NCBI GenBank assembly: GCA_038208905.1
Contig: JBBQYG010000012.1
Span: forward strand, 1 to 43,340
Origin: Candidatus Sumerlaeia bacterium
GTDB taxonomy: Bacteria; Sumerlaeota; Sumerlaeia; SLMS01
Length of the DNA: 43,340 nt
Reading direction: 5' to 3'
In this document: one piece after another, positions 34,124 through 43,340 of the stretch
How the letters are laid out: each line of letters starts with the position of its first letter
Numbering within the stretch: position 1 is the first letter of the stretch
Made by a program: the position numbers and the translations under genes
The notes under the pieces: model-generated
Databases searched by the model: none
Seen by the model: the letters and a program-made list of their open reading frames with translations, nothing else
Told to the model about the DNA's origin: nothing

Positions 34124-36298
34124 TTAGCGCTTGGCCGGGCCTAGGTCCTCGTTCGGCGCCTTGCGGGCGAAGACTTCGTCGTAGAAGTAATCGGGAAGGT
34201 CCCAGTTGTAGTCGATCTTCTCGTAGAGCGACGTCTGGTAGGCGGACGGCGTCGGGTCCTTGACGATCTGGGGCGTGACGAAGAGGTAAAGCTCCGTCTT
34301 GGCTTGGCGGTTTTCCTCGTTGCGGAAGAGCCAGCCGAGGATGGGGACGCGCAGGAGGTAGGGGACGCCATTCTCGCCGGAGGTGGCGGAGAACTCGCGC
34401 AGGCCGCCGAGGGCGATGGTCTGCTCGTCGCGGACGATCACGGAGGAGGTGACGCGACGCTCGTCGGTGAGGGGCACGCCGCCCGGACGCTCGCCGGTGT
34501 CGATGATCTGCTCGGGGGCGATTTCCATCTGGACGTAACCGTTGTTTGTGATGCGGGGAAGCAGGATGACCGTGGTGCCGACGTCGATGAATTCGACGGT
34601 CGCAACGGAGCCCTGATCGGAGTTGACGGCGCTGACGTAGGGGATCTGGCGCTTGATCTCGACGGTGGCTTCCTTGTTGTTCAGGGAAAGCACCTGGGGC
34701 GCGGCGAGCGTGACAGCCTCTCCGCGATTCTCCTCTGCGTTGATCGCCATATCCACGTCGTACTGAGTGCCGAGCACATTGGCGGAGAAGAGCGTGGAGA
34801 GGGTGAAGGCGTTGGCCGAGGGAGCGAGCAGGCCGGCGCCGACGCGAGAGGTGGGAACAGCCGAGGAAGTGGAGTTGAACGTGGTGCTGTTGTTCCTGGT
34901 AAGGGTATTGTTGTTCTGCAGGCCGTTAGTCAGCGCCGAAGTCGGGTTGGTGATGGCACCCACCACATCGGTGGCCGTACTGGTCATGTTGCTGTTACCT
35001 GTCCGCGACGACTGGTCGGTGATCGTGTTATTGAGGCCGGTCGTGGAGTTGACGAAATCGCGCTGGTCGAAGAAGTTGCCCTCGGGATCGCGGAGGAAGC
35101 GGTTCTCGGTGGACTGGGTCTCGACGCCGGTGCGCGTGCCGATCGCGCGGCGGGCGGTCTGGGACATGTTGACGAGGCGCATCTCGATGAGGACCTGCTT
35201 CTCGGGAACGTCGAGAAGGTCAACGAGCTGTTGCATCTTCTGCACGTTCTCGGGAACGTCGCGGACGATGAGGATGTTGTTGGAGGCAAGCACCTCGATC
35301 GAGCCGTCCTCCTTGTCAACGAGGGGCTCCAAGGCGTTCTTCACATCGGCGGCGTCCACCCAGTTGATGGGGATCGTCTCGATGACGGTTTCCTTGCCGG
35401 TGCTCTTGACCTGCTCGCGGGGAACGACGCGGACGATGCCGCCTTCCTCGATGGTATAGCCGAGGTTGTTGGCCTTGAGAATCGCATCGAGCATCTGGCG
35501 GAGCGTCACATTGCGCAGGCGCAGCGTGACGTTGCGGCCAGCGACGTCGCTGGGCTGGATCAGAAGGTTGAGCTCGGCTTCCTCGGCGATGAGGCGCAGG
35601 ACGTTCTCGAGGGAAGTTCCCTGGAAATCGACGCGCTTCACGAACTCGTTGAGCTTGTTCTCGACGGAGGCATCGCCGATCTCCTCGTTCCCCGCGGCGG
35701 AGCGCTTGCGCTCGACCGGGGGCGGAACATAGTAGTCGGTGATCGACGCCGCGGCGTCGGGAGCCTGACCGGCCCCGGCGACGGGAGCGTCGGCGGAACC
35801 GAACTCGCGCGTTCCAAGGGTGGCGATCTTCTCGTCGGTGAGTTCGAGTCCGAGGCCCTGCTCGCTGGCAACGGCGGCCACGGGGCGAAGCTCGGCGGGA
35901 ACATGGAGCGAGATGACGAGCCCGGTCGGCGAGGAGGAAGTCTCCACCTCGGTCCACGAGGAGAGCTGAAGCATGAGCTGCACCCCCTTCTGACCGTTGG
36001 GCAGGACAACTTCCTGGAGACGCGCCCGGTCAAGCACGCGGGAGCCGGAAGTCAGCAGGCGGGTGGGAGTGCCCTCGCGGAGCAGCGCCCCGGGGAGGAC
36101 CGCCGTCACCTGCTTAGCCTGGGCGAACTGGTTCAATTCGACGGGGATCGACTCGGTCCAGCGAAGTTCGATCGTTTCCCGTGTCCCCTCCGAGGCGAAT
36201 TTCCAGTCGGAGATGGTCGGAACCGCGAACGAGGAGGACGCGCAGAGCGCCGCCAGAGTTGCGATTTGCGATAGACGATGTGAGGAGGCCAGGCGCAT
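34124..36298 (-). CDS. pilQ: Secretin PilQ/GspD family
   Basis: Signal peptide, N0 domain (VDFQGTSLENVLRLIAE..VTLRLRNV), N3, QVLIEMRLV, APQVLSLNNKEATV, GVPYLLRVPILGWLFR..ELYLFVTPQI. Last gene of pilMNOP. Confidence 0.9.
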   Translation of the reverse strand: MRLASSHRLSQIATLAALCASSSFAVPTISDWKFASEGTRETIELRWTESIPVELNQFAQAKQVTAVLPGALLREGTPTRLLTSGSRVLDRARLQEVVLPNGQKGVQLMLQLSSWTEVETSSSPTGLVISLHVPAELRPVAAVASEQGLGLELTDEKIATLGTREFGSADAPVAGAGQAPDAAASITDYYVPPPVERKRSAAGNEEIGDASVENKLNEFVKRVDFQGTSLENVLRLIAEEAELNLLIQPSDVAGRNVTLRLRNVTLRQMLDAILKANNLGYTIEEGGIVRVVPREQVKSTGKETVIETIPINWVDAADVKNALEPLVDKEDGSIEVLASNNILIVRDVPENVQKMQQLVDLLDVPEKQVLIEMRLVNMSQTARRAIGTRTGVETQSTENRFLRDPEGNFFDQRDFVNSTTGLNNTITDQSSRTGNSNMTSTATDVVGAITNPTSALTNGLQNNNTLTRNNSTTFNSTSSAVPTSRVGAGLLAPSANAFTLSTLFSANVLGTQYDVDMAINAEENRGEAVTLAAPQVLSLNNKEATVEIKRQIPYVSAVNSDQGSVATVEFIDVGTTVILLPRITNNGYVQMEIAPEQIIDTGERPGGVPLTDERRVTSSVIVRDEQTIALGGLREFSATSGENGVPYLLRVPILGWLFRNEENRQAKTELYLFVTPQIVKDPTPSAYQTSLYEKIDYNWDLPDYFYDEVFARKAPNEDLGPAKR

Positions 36299-36338
36299 GG
36301 AGTTTTACGGCTCCTTTGAAGGTTTTCGCTGAGACTTT

Positions 36339-37148
36339 TCAGAAACTTCCGATTACTTCCACGGTGAAGTCCTTGTTCTGGAACGTATAGACAACTTCGG
36401 CCGTGCTGATCGACTTCACGCGGACCGACGGATAGCGGGGGACCGAATCCGTGGTCTTGAGGAAGTCGTTGCCAACGATTACCACCGGGTTGGCCCCGAG
36501 AATAATACCCGTCGTGTTCTTCTTCACCCACTCGGGAAGGTCCGTGCTCGCTACGTCCACGGGGGCCTCCGGCCGGGTGTCGACCGGTGTGCCACCCGAG
36601 GTGCGCATGGCTTCCACCCGGGCCATTTCCGCAGGGGCCATTTCGGCCTCCTTGGTGTTCGGCGCCTGCTCGCGGATGCGGCGAAGCAGCGTGAGGGCCA
36701 GATCGAAATCCCTGTTGGCGGTCGCGATCGTTGCGTCCTTGAACAATTCCTCTGCGATGATCCTCTGGCGAACCCAGGGGATGATCATCGGGTCTTGACC
36801 CTCGGGGAGGTAGATAAACTTGGGCTTGTCCCCAAAGATGACGCGGATTTTTTCCGCAGTGTCAAAGATATTCGCGGGCCTGCCGGGGTCAATGTCCTTC
36901 TCCTGAAGGACCGCCGCGGAGGGCAGGTTCAGGAGCTGGATCAGTTCGCCGGCGCTGAGCTGCTCGTCGCCGCTGACGGGTTGGTCCTCCTCGGTCGTCG
37001 GGGGAACCTCGTCGGTGGTGGTCTCCATGACGATGGGGACATCCGTGGCGCCGATTTCCGGGTCCTGGGCCCATGCCGTTCCCGCAAGGAGAACCGCCGC
37101 CATTCCGCCGCTGGCCATCGCGAGGAGGAGGCTTCGCTTGGTCGTCAT
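36339..37148 (-). CDS. PilP-position periplasmic protein (DP motif, TPR-like helix pair, C-terminal beta domain)
   Basis: Lies between pilO and the secretin. Signal peptide; GQDPMIIPW; TGIILG..VIVGN..VRVKSISTAEVVY. Confidence 0.6.
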   Translation of the reverse strand: MTTKRSLLLAMASGGMAAVLLAGTAWAQDPEIGATDVPIVMETTTDEVPPTTEEDQPVSGDEQLSAGELIQLLNLPSAAVLQEKDIDPGRPANIFDTAEKIRVIFGDKPKFIYLPEGQDPMIIPWVRQRIIAEELFKDATIATANRDFDLALTLLRRIREQAPNTKEAEMAPAEMARVEAMRTSGGTPVDTRPEAPVDVASTDLPEWVKKNTTGIILGANPVVIVGNDFLKTTDSVPRYPSVRVKSISTAEVVYTFQNKDFTVEVIGSF

Positions 37149-37162
37149 CGTAGGGATTCCCT

Positions 37163-37753
37163 TCACTTGGTTGTCGATGCCGCGGCGGGCGCGGGCACGT
37201 TGGCGTTGAAGGTGAACGTTGCGACGCCCACTTCCATCGGATGGATCGATGGACGCTTGTCGCTATTGGTGAGCTTCAGGTTGGTCACGTGCATGAGGCG
37301 GTCGGGGTTGCACTCGATCAGGTTCACAAGCTGGCCGAAGGCGTGGTACTCGGCGCTGCCGGCGATCGAGAATGGGAATTCGGTGTATCGCCCGCGGTTG
37401 GCCGAGGCGCCGGGATTAAGCGCGTTGAACACCACGTTGGAACCCTCGAAGTAGCTGCGCAGCAGGTCGTACACCTCGATGGTGTCCTGAGTATCGGGAA
37501 GGCGCTTGGCGATGGTGGCGAACTTCTCCTGCACCTGGCGCCGTGCCTCCTCGTTGTTCAGGTAGGACTGGTATTCTTCGAGCTTCTGCTTGTTGGCGGC
37601 GATCTTGGACTCGAGGGTTTCCGTCTCGTCCTTGAACTTCTTGATCCCGGGCTCCACGTACATGAACATGAAGTAGAGCACGATCGCCAGAATTGCGACC
37701 CCGAGTATTCCGCCCACCAGGAGGCCTTGCTTGTTCTTTTCCGACATGGCCAT
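37163..37753 (-). CDS. pilO: Type IV pilus assembly protein PilO
   Basis: N-terminal TM, coiled coil, RLP, YTEFPFSI..EYHAFGQLVNLIE..RLMHV. Confidence 0.85.
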   Translation of the reverse strand: MAMSEKNKQGLLVGGILGVAILAIVLYFMFMYVEPGIKKFKDETETLESKIAANKQKLEEYQSYLNNEEARRQVQEKFATIAKRLPDTQDTIEVYDLLRSYFEGSNVVFNALNPGASANRGRYTEFPFSIAGSAEYHAFGQLVNLIECNPDRLMHVTNLKLTNSDKRPSIHPMEVGVATFTFNANVPAPAAASTTK

Positions 37754-37789
37754 CGTTCGATGTCCTCTTTTTCTGGGTCTCTCGAGGCG

Positions 37790-38554
37790 TTACTTGACGG
37801 TAACGGGCTTGGCCCGCATGGTAAAGCGGAACTTGGACACCTCGCGCCCCTCGCTGCGGGTCGCGGTAACGCCGGATGGGTCGATCACCTGCTGCAGTCC
37901 GTCAAGGAAGCCTGATTCCTCCTTGTCGAAGGGGAGCTTGACCTTCTTGTCGCGGAGCTGGCGATAAAAGTCGATGATCTGCTCCAGGCGCTGGTTCTCC
38001 GTGCCGCCATCCACGTAGGCCAGGCCGTCCATGGTCAGCGTCTGGTTGATGACGGGATTCTTGTCGACTTCCGGCGGGGGGCCCTTCTTGTCCTTCTCCC
38101 ACTTGTTGCGAGAGGCGATGGAATCGGGGGTTTCCACCTCGGTGATCCTGCGCGTCACGTTGAGTTCCGTCACGAAGACGCCCTCCAGCGCGAGGATCGG
38201 GATCATGTTCAGCTTGCGGGACCACAGAACGCGTTCGGGGCCGTCCAGGGACTCGGCGACGGAAATGAGCCGCTCCATGCGTTCGATGCTCGACTTGGCG
38301 TCCTTGAACTTGACTTCCGTCGCCTTGAGCTGGTCTTCGACCTTCTTGGCCTCGACCTTGGCGGACTCGAGCGACTCCTGAGCCTCGGCGTAGCGGATGA
38401 ACATCCAGCCGCCCAAGGTGATGTTGATACCAAAGACGAGGAGGAGGGCCACGGCCACGAGGGCCGATCCGCCCGCGTCGAAGGATCCGCCAGCGGCGGC
38501 TCCGCCGCCGCGCGCTCCGGCCATTTCCTGTGGAAGGAGGTTGATCTTGATCAT
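37790..38554 (-). CDS. pilN: Type IV pilus assembly protein PilN
   Basis: MIKINLLP signature, TM segment, coiled coil; operon position. Confidence 0.85.
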   Translation of the reverse strand: MIKINLLPQEMAGARGGGAAAGGSFDAGGSALVAVALLLVFGINITLGGWMFIRYAEAQESLESAKVEAKKVEDQLKATEVKFKDAKSSIERMERLISVAESLDGPERVLWSRKLNMIPILALEGVFVTELNVTRRITEVETPDSIASRNKWEKDKKGPPPEVDKNPVINQTLTMDGLAYVDGGTENQRLEQIIDFYRQLRDKKVKLPFDKEESGFLDGLQQVIDPSGVTATRSEGREVSKFRFTMRAKPVTVK

Positions 38555-38556
38555 GG

Positions 38557-39702
38557 TTAGTCGATCACCTTTCTCAGCGCCAGGCCGATCACCGCGCCAA
38601 GCTGCTCGCGGTGCTGCTGAAGCAGGTTCTGGTCGACGTCCTTGCCGACGGAGATATTGCGAAGCGGGTCGAAGAGTTCCACGGGAATGTCCAGCTCGCC
38701 CTGAAGGTATCCAGCGAGGTTGCGCAGGCGCGAACTGCCGCCGCCGATGATCACGCGCTGGACGGTTGTTCCGCCGCCCTGCCCCTCGAAGAACTGGATC
38801 GAGCGGCGCACTTCGCTGACAAGCTGGCTGAGCGCGCCCTGAATCGCCTTGGCGGCCGTGCTCTCGGGCGTGTCGTCGCCGAGGTCCGAGCCGGTCAGGC
38901 GCTCCACCGTGCCGCGAATCGTGCTGATGAGTTCGGATTCGGGCTCGTCGCCGCCGCCCTCGGGGGCCATCGTGCCAACGGCGTACTTCAGCTCCTCGGC
39001 CTTGGCGAAGGGAACGCCGCACTTCTGGCTGATGGACTGGGTGATGCTGTTGCCGGCGGCGTTGATGTCGCGCGAGAAGCGCGAGCTGTTGGCGACGTAG
39101 ATATTGATGTTGGTGACATCGGCGCCGATGTGGACCAAGCAGACGCATTCCTCGCGGCGGGGCGCGTAGTTGACCTCGAAGCAGTTGAGGAAGGCGAAGC
39201 CCTCGACATCGACGACGACGGGGGTGAGGCCGGCCTGGCGCACGAGTTGGACGTGGTCGTTGACCAGATCCTTGCGGGCGGAGACGAGCAGCACGTCCAC
39301 CTTGCCGGGGACCGAGCTGGGCCCCAGGATCACCGAGTCGATGTTCACCTCGTCGATGGAGAAGGGGATGTACTCTTCCGCCTCCCAGCGAAGGGCGTTC
39401 TTCAACTCCGCCTCGGGCATCTCGGGGAGTTGGATGTAGCGGACGATGATCGACTCGCCACTGACTGCGGAGACGGTGTGCTTGGCGGTGATCTTGCCGA
39501 CTTGCAGCGCCTTCTGAATCGCGTTGGTCTTCAGTTGAAAAACGTCGGCATGCTGCGCTGCGCTGCGGTCCCTATTCGGGTAAACGTCGGCGATGCCGAA
39601 ATTGGTCAGCTCCAGCTTGTTGCCGGCCTTGCGGAGTTCGACGGCCTTGACTTGGAAGGATCCCACGTCGAGCCCGACGACCTTTTTGCCTCCAGCAAAC
39701 AT
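38557..39702 (-). CDS. pilM: Type IV pilus assembly protein PilM
   Basis: VGLDVGSFQVKAVEL, WEAEEYIPFSIDEVNID, AGLTPVVVDVE, HIGA..TNI, IIGGGSS, IGLALR. Confidence 0.93.
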   Translation of the reverse strand: MFAGGKKVVGLDVGSFQVKAVELRKAGNKLELTNFGIADVYPNRDRSAAQHADVFQLKTNAIQKALQVGKITAKHTVSAVSGESIIVRYIQLPEMPEAELKNALRWEAEEYIPFSIDEVNIDSVILGPSSVPGKVDVLLVSARKDLVNDHVQLVRQAGLTPVVVDVEGFAFLNCFEVNYAPRREECVCLVHIGADVTNINIYVANSSRFSRDINAAGNSITQSISQKCGVPFAKAEELKYAVGTMAPEGGGDEPESELISTIRGTVERLTGSDLGDDTPESTAAKAIQGALSQLVSEVRRSIQFFEGQGGGTTVQRVIIGGGSSRLRNLAGYLQGELDIPVELFDPLRNISVGKDVDQNLLQQHREQLGAVIGLALRKVID

Positions 39703-40064
39703 GAGTGATCTCACTTTCCAGAGATTTCGGCGCTATTCCGCTTCCTTCGAGGGACGATCCGCAAGGCGAGAGTTCTGCTTCGCCGAGTGTTTCCCACCCT
39801 TGTGCCGGGTGGCTCGATCCCGAAGGTTCCGACGCCTTCATCCGATCCAGTGAATTTCCTGTGGCGAACCGACCGCAGAGCGGACCGGCGACCTAGGGAA
39901 ATTATGTCCATTCGGGCTGTATGGGTAGGCAGAGAGGATGGGAGCCGCAAGGAAAATCCACAGGCCCCGGGGCCTCTCCGCAGTCATAATCCGTTGCAGA
40001 AATTGGGGTTGCGATCCGATCAGGCCCATTTGCGGGCATCCCGGGTGCGAATTCCGGGAATCCC

Positions 40065-41081
40065 CTATGCCGGCCCCGTTTGGGCGCCCGTAATCGCCAC
40101 CACACGGGCGATGTCATCCGTCGTTGCGCCGCGGGACAAATCGTTCACGGGCTTGGCCAGCCCCGAAAGAATCGGCCCATACGCCCGCGCCCCGGCCAAC
40201 CGCTGAACCAGCTTATAGGCGATGTTTCCGGAGTCCAAGTCGGGAAACACCAGAACATTGGCGGTTCCACCGAGTACGCTGTCGGGGGCCTTTCGCCGCG
40301 CCACGTCGGGCACCAGGGCCGCGTCGCCCTGCAGTTCTCCGTCGATGAGGAGGCCAGGGGCGCGCTCCCGGGCGAGGCGCGTCGCTTCGACCATTTTATC
40401 CACGCGGGGGTGGGCGGCGCTCCCCCGGGTGGAAAAGCTAAGGAACGCGACGCGGGGCTGGAATCCGGGTATCAGCCGCTCCCCCGCCGCCGCCGCCGAA
40501 ATCCCGATGTCGGCGAGCTGCTCCGCCGTGGGGTCGGGGATGACCCCGCAATCCGCGAAGACCAGCACGCCGTTGTGGCCAAAGGGGGAGCCCTCCGGCA
40601 GTTCCATCAGGAAGAAGGAACTCACCGTCTGGATTCCCGGGGCGGTCCCCACCAGCTTGATCGCCGCGCGCAGCACGTCGGCCGTGGGAGCGATGGCGCC
40701 GGCGACCAGGCCATCGGCCGCGCCGATCCCCACAAGTCCCGCGCCATACAGCAGCGGCGTGCTGAGCATCATCGCCCGGATATGGTCGCGGGTGAGCCCC
40801 TCCTTGGAGCGCCGCGACGCATAGAGGTCCACCACCTTCTCCAGCCGCGGATCGTCCACGGGGTACACCACATCGACGCCCTTGATGCTGATGCGAAGGG
40901 CCTCCGCGGCGGTGGCGAAGTCCTCGCGCCGCCCGAGGATCACGGGCCGGGCCCAGCCGCGTTCCGCCGCGATCACCGCGGCGCGAAAGGTGCGCTCGTC
41001 GGATTCCGCCTCGGGAAGGACGATGCGCGCGCGCCTTCGGGACGCCGCCGCGCCGATCTGATCGATGAGTGTCTCCGCCAT
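40065..41081 (-). CDS. pta: Phosphate acetyltransferase
   Basis: [81 protein letters not shown]. Confidence 0.95.
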   Translation of the reverse strand: MAETLIDQIGAAASRRRARIVLPEAESDERTFRAAVIAAERGWARPVILGRREDFATAAEALRISIKGVDVVYPVDDPRLEKVVDLYASRRSKEGLTRDHIRAMMLSTPLLYGAGLVGIGAADGLVAGAIAPTADVLRAAIKLVGTAPGIQTVSSFFLMELPEGSPFGHNGVLVFADCGVIPDPTAEQLADIGISAAAAGERLIPGFQPRVAFLSFSTRGSAAHPRVDKMVEATRLARERAPGLLIDGELQGDAALVPDVARRKAPDSVLGGTANVLVFPDLDSGNIAYKLVQRLAGARAYGPILSGLAKPVNDLSRGATTDDIARVVAITGAQTGPA

Positions 41082-41159
41082 GCTTCCGCTTTTCCGTTTC
41101 CCCCGCCGTGGGCCGTGGGGCCGAGTGCGGGCAACTACCGTACACCGAGGTGGGCCATC

Positions 41160-42485
41160 ATGAAAGAGAAGAACGGCAAGGCGGGCAACCCCCTTTGCCA
41201 TATCGTGACGGTGGGCACGACGCCCACAACCTCCGGCGACGATGTGGTGGCGGCCCTGGTCCAGGACATTGGCCCCCTGGGCGTGGGGCGCGTGGTGGTG
41301 ATCGCGACCGCCGACTCGGTGGAGAACGCCAAGCGCCTCCTCGCGGGCCTCGGCGCCAAGGGCCCGCGCGGCAAGATCCGCGAGATCGCCTCGGCCCAGT
41401 CGCTCGACGACGCCTTTCAGGCCGTGGGCGAGGAAATCGAAACGCTGCGCCGCGCCGGCGTTCCGTCCTCCGACATGATTCTGCACTACACCGCGGGCAC
41501 AAAGGTGATGAGCGCGGGCGCCGTCCTCGCAGCGATGAACAACGACGTGCGCTCGCTCCGGTATCTCTATTCCCCGGGGCCGCGAAAGACCTCTGTCCCG
41601 GTGATCACGCCCACGGGATCGGTCATGGCGGAGAAGGATTTCCGCCTGGCCCTCGAGCTCTTTCGCGCGATGCGGTTCCAGGCGGTGACGGACTTGATTG
41701 CGGCGCTGGACAGCGAGGGGCTGACCGCGCAGCAGGCGGAAAACCGCGCCGTCCTCGCGGAGCTGGCGGAGGCTTACCTCGATTGGGACCGCTTCCGCGT
41801 GCGCGAGTTCCTGAAGCGCTATCGTTCCGTGGAGGCGCGCCTCGCGAAGCTCCCCGCCCTCTGGCCCTTCCGCGTGAAGCCCGCGGTTCTGGAAAGCCTG
41901 GAGGCGATCGGCGCCGCGTCGGAATGCGACGGCAACTATCCCGCCGAGCTGTTGATGGACCTGCTCAACAACGCCCTGCGTCGCTTGGCGGAGCGCCGGC
42001 CCGACGACGCGCTGATCCGCCTGCACCGCGCGGCGGAACTCTTTGCGCAAAGCTGCCTCCAATCCGACTTCGGCATCCGCACCGACGACCTGGATATACG
42101 CAAGGTTCCGCCGCGCTATCGCACGGCCTTCGAGGCGGAGCGCCGCATCGACGACGCGATGATCAAGCTGGGATTGAGGAAGAGCTACGAGTTGCTCGAA
42201 GTGCTCGGCCATCCGGCGGGGAAGGCGTATCGCGATCACGAGCGCCTGCAGGAGGTCCTGGACGAGCGCCGCAACCTGGTCCTAGCCCACGGCACCCGGC
42301 CGGCGACGCTCAGGCTTGCCGTGGACTTTCTCCGCGAGGTTCAGGGCCTCCTCGCCCTTGGCATCAAGGACCTCAAGCGCCGCATGGCGGCCCAGCAATT
42401 CCCGTGGATCGACAATGCGGATATCCTGGCGCCACTGACGAAGGCGAAGCAGCCGCCGAGGAAGAAGCGGGCGGGCCAGGGATGA
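41160..42485 (+). CDS. CARF + HEPN protein, TIGR02710 (Cas02710/Csm6-like) family
   Basis: [12 protein letters not shown] motif [60 protein letters not shown]. Confidence 0.85.
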   Translation: MKEKNGKAGNPLCHIVTVGTTPTTSGDDVVAALVQDIGPLGVGRVVVIATADSVENAKRLLAGLGAKGPRGKIREIASAQSLDDAFQAVGEEIETLRRAGVPSSDMILHYTAGTKVMSAGAVLAAMNNDVRSLRYLYSPGPRKTSVPVITPTGSVMAEKDFRLALELFRAMRFQAVTDLIAALDSEGLTAQQAENRAVLAELAEAYLDWDRFRVREFLKRYRSVEARLAKLPALWPFRVKPAVLESLEAIGAASECDGNYPAELLMDLLNNALRRLAERRPDDALIRLHRAAELFAQSCLQSDFGIRTDDLDIRKVPPRYRTAFEAERRIDDAMIKLGLRKSYELLEVLGHPAGKAYRDHERLQEVLDERRNLVLAHGTRPATLRLAVDFLREVQGLLALGIKDLKRRMAAQQFPWIDNADILAPLTKAKQPPRKKRAGQG

Positions 42486-42546
42486 CGAGGGCGCGGCGAG
42501 GACGCATATACAGCCCCCGCAGCTTAACATCCCTCGACCCTCCCGT

Positions 42547-42765
42547 TCATGCCTGCTTCCGCTTGTTCAGCATCCGGGCCTTGATCTCGGCCATCTTGTC
42601 CTCATTCTGCTTGTTGAGCCATTCCTTCTTGTAGAGGGGGCAAGGATTGGCCATGTAGTGGGGCTTGTCGGGATGGGAGCAATCGCAGTCGGACGTGGTG
42701 CCTGCGGCGACGCTGTGGAAATAGACGCAATCGGCCAGCATGCACTTGCATCGGGTGACATCCAT
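42547..42765 (-). CDS. Small Cys/His-rich hypothetical protein (72 aa)
   Basis: CKCMLADCVYFH..CDCSHP..CPLY followed by a basic helix. Starts 6 nt after the ABC ATPase stop; coding-like GC3. Confidence 0.65.
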   Translation of the reverse strand: MDVTRCKCMLADCVYFHSVAAGTTSDCDCSHPDKPHYMANPCPLYKKEWLNKQNEDKMAEIKARMLNKRKQA

Positions 42766-42771
42766 GGTTGG

Positions 42772-43340
42772 CTATGCCTGGGGGGCCACGCCCGCGTCGT
42801 CGCCCGTTCCAAGCAGCATTTCATTGGCGCTGTTGGAGAGCTTTTCCAGCGACCCGCTGAGCGGGGGGCGCTCGGCCTTGAACTTCGGATCGAAGAGGTG
42901 GCACGCCACGCTGGACCCATTTCCCAGATCGCGCAGGGCGGGGTACTCCTGATCGCAGGGCCGGAACTTGTAGCGGCAGCGCGGGTGGAAGTGGCACCCG
43001 CTGGGCGGGTTCACGGGAGAGGGCACGTCGCCCTCCAGCACGATGCGCTTGCGGCGCTGCTCCTTCTCGATCACCGGCACCGCGCTGAGCAGCGCCTGTG
43101 AATACGGGTGGCGCGGCCGCTGGAGAATTTCGCGCGAGGGGCCCTGTTCCACGATCTTGCCAAGGTACATCACCACAACGCGGTGGCACAGGTGGCCCAC
43201 CACGGAGAGATCGTGGCTGATGAAGAGGAACGAGAGGCCCATCTGGGTCTGAAAGTCCTCCAGCAGGTTGATAACCTGGGCCTGAATCGACACGTCGAGC
43301 GCCGACACCGGCTCGTCGGCGATGATGATGTCGGGCTGCA
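42772..43340 (-). CDS. Oligopeptide/dipeptide ABC transporter ATP-binding protein (OppF/AppF), 5'-truncated by the window edge
   Basis: [66 protein letters not shown]. Confidence 0.92.
   Translation of the reverse strand, partial: QPDIIIADEPVSALDVSIQAQVINLLEDFQTQMGLSFLFISHDLSVVGHLCHRVVVMYLGKIVEQGPSREILQRPRHPYSQALLSAVPVIEKEQRRKRIVLEGDVPSPVNPPSGCHFHPRCRYKFRPCDQEYPALRDLGNGSSVACHLFDPKFKAERPPLSGSLEKLSNSANEMLLGTGDDAGVAPQA

Noticed and set aside
40065-42485. Apparent long overlapping 724-aa and 801-aa ORFs
   Set aside because: Each is a real gene (pta from 41081, CARF from 41160) extended by the antisense of the other; the true genes are divergent and do not overlap.

Overview
High-GC (roughly two-thirds G+C by eye) bacterial chromosomal window of about 30 genes with no rRNA, tRNA or CRISPR array. 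Housekeeping and envelope content: pilMNOPQ operon, two PilT-family ATPases, rsmE, pta, an ArgZ/AgrE-type arginine dihydrolase fusion, a DUF1800-DUF1501 pair, an FAD/Fe-S oxidoreductase and a partial peptide ABC ATPase. Two things stand out. (1) Three unrelated signal-peptide proteins all end in the same short motif, P-x(1-2)-[SA]-[AV]-x-x-W-x-[LM]-[YF]-(x)-stop, a candidate undescribed C-terminal sorting or surface-anchoring signal. From recollection only, it resembles tails in Ca. Sumerlaeota/BRC1 proteins. (2) An archaeal-type PolB2 cassette (inactive RadA-like, small helical partner, PolB2, DUF72). The polymerase has a bacterial beta-clamp-like motif, and the cassette carries two copies of an apparently leaderless promoter with an 11-bp-period direct-repeat operator, one feeding a 17-aa uORF coupled to the polymerase. 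Also present: an IS200-like/RAYT transposase inside palindromic repeat arrays, an orphan CARF-HEPN (TIGR02710-like) effector, several proteins with altered catalytic motifs, collapsed gene remnants and a family of 9-nt-period intergenic repeats. All family calls come from motif recognition, not database searches.
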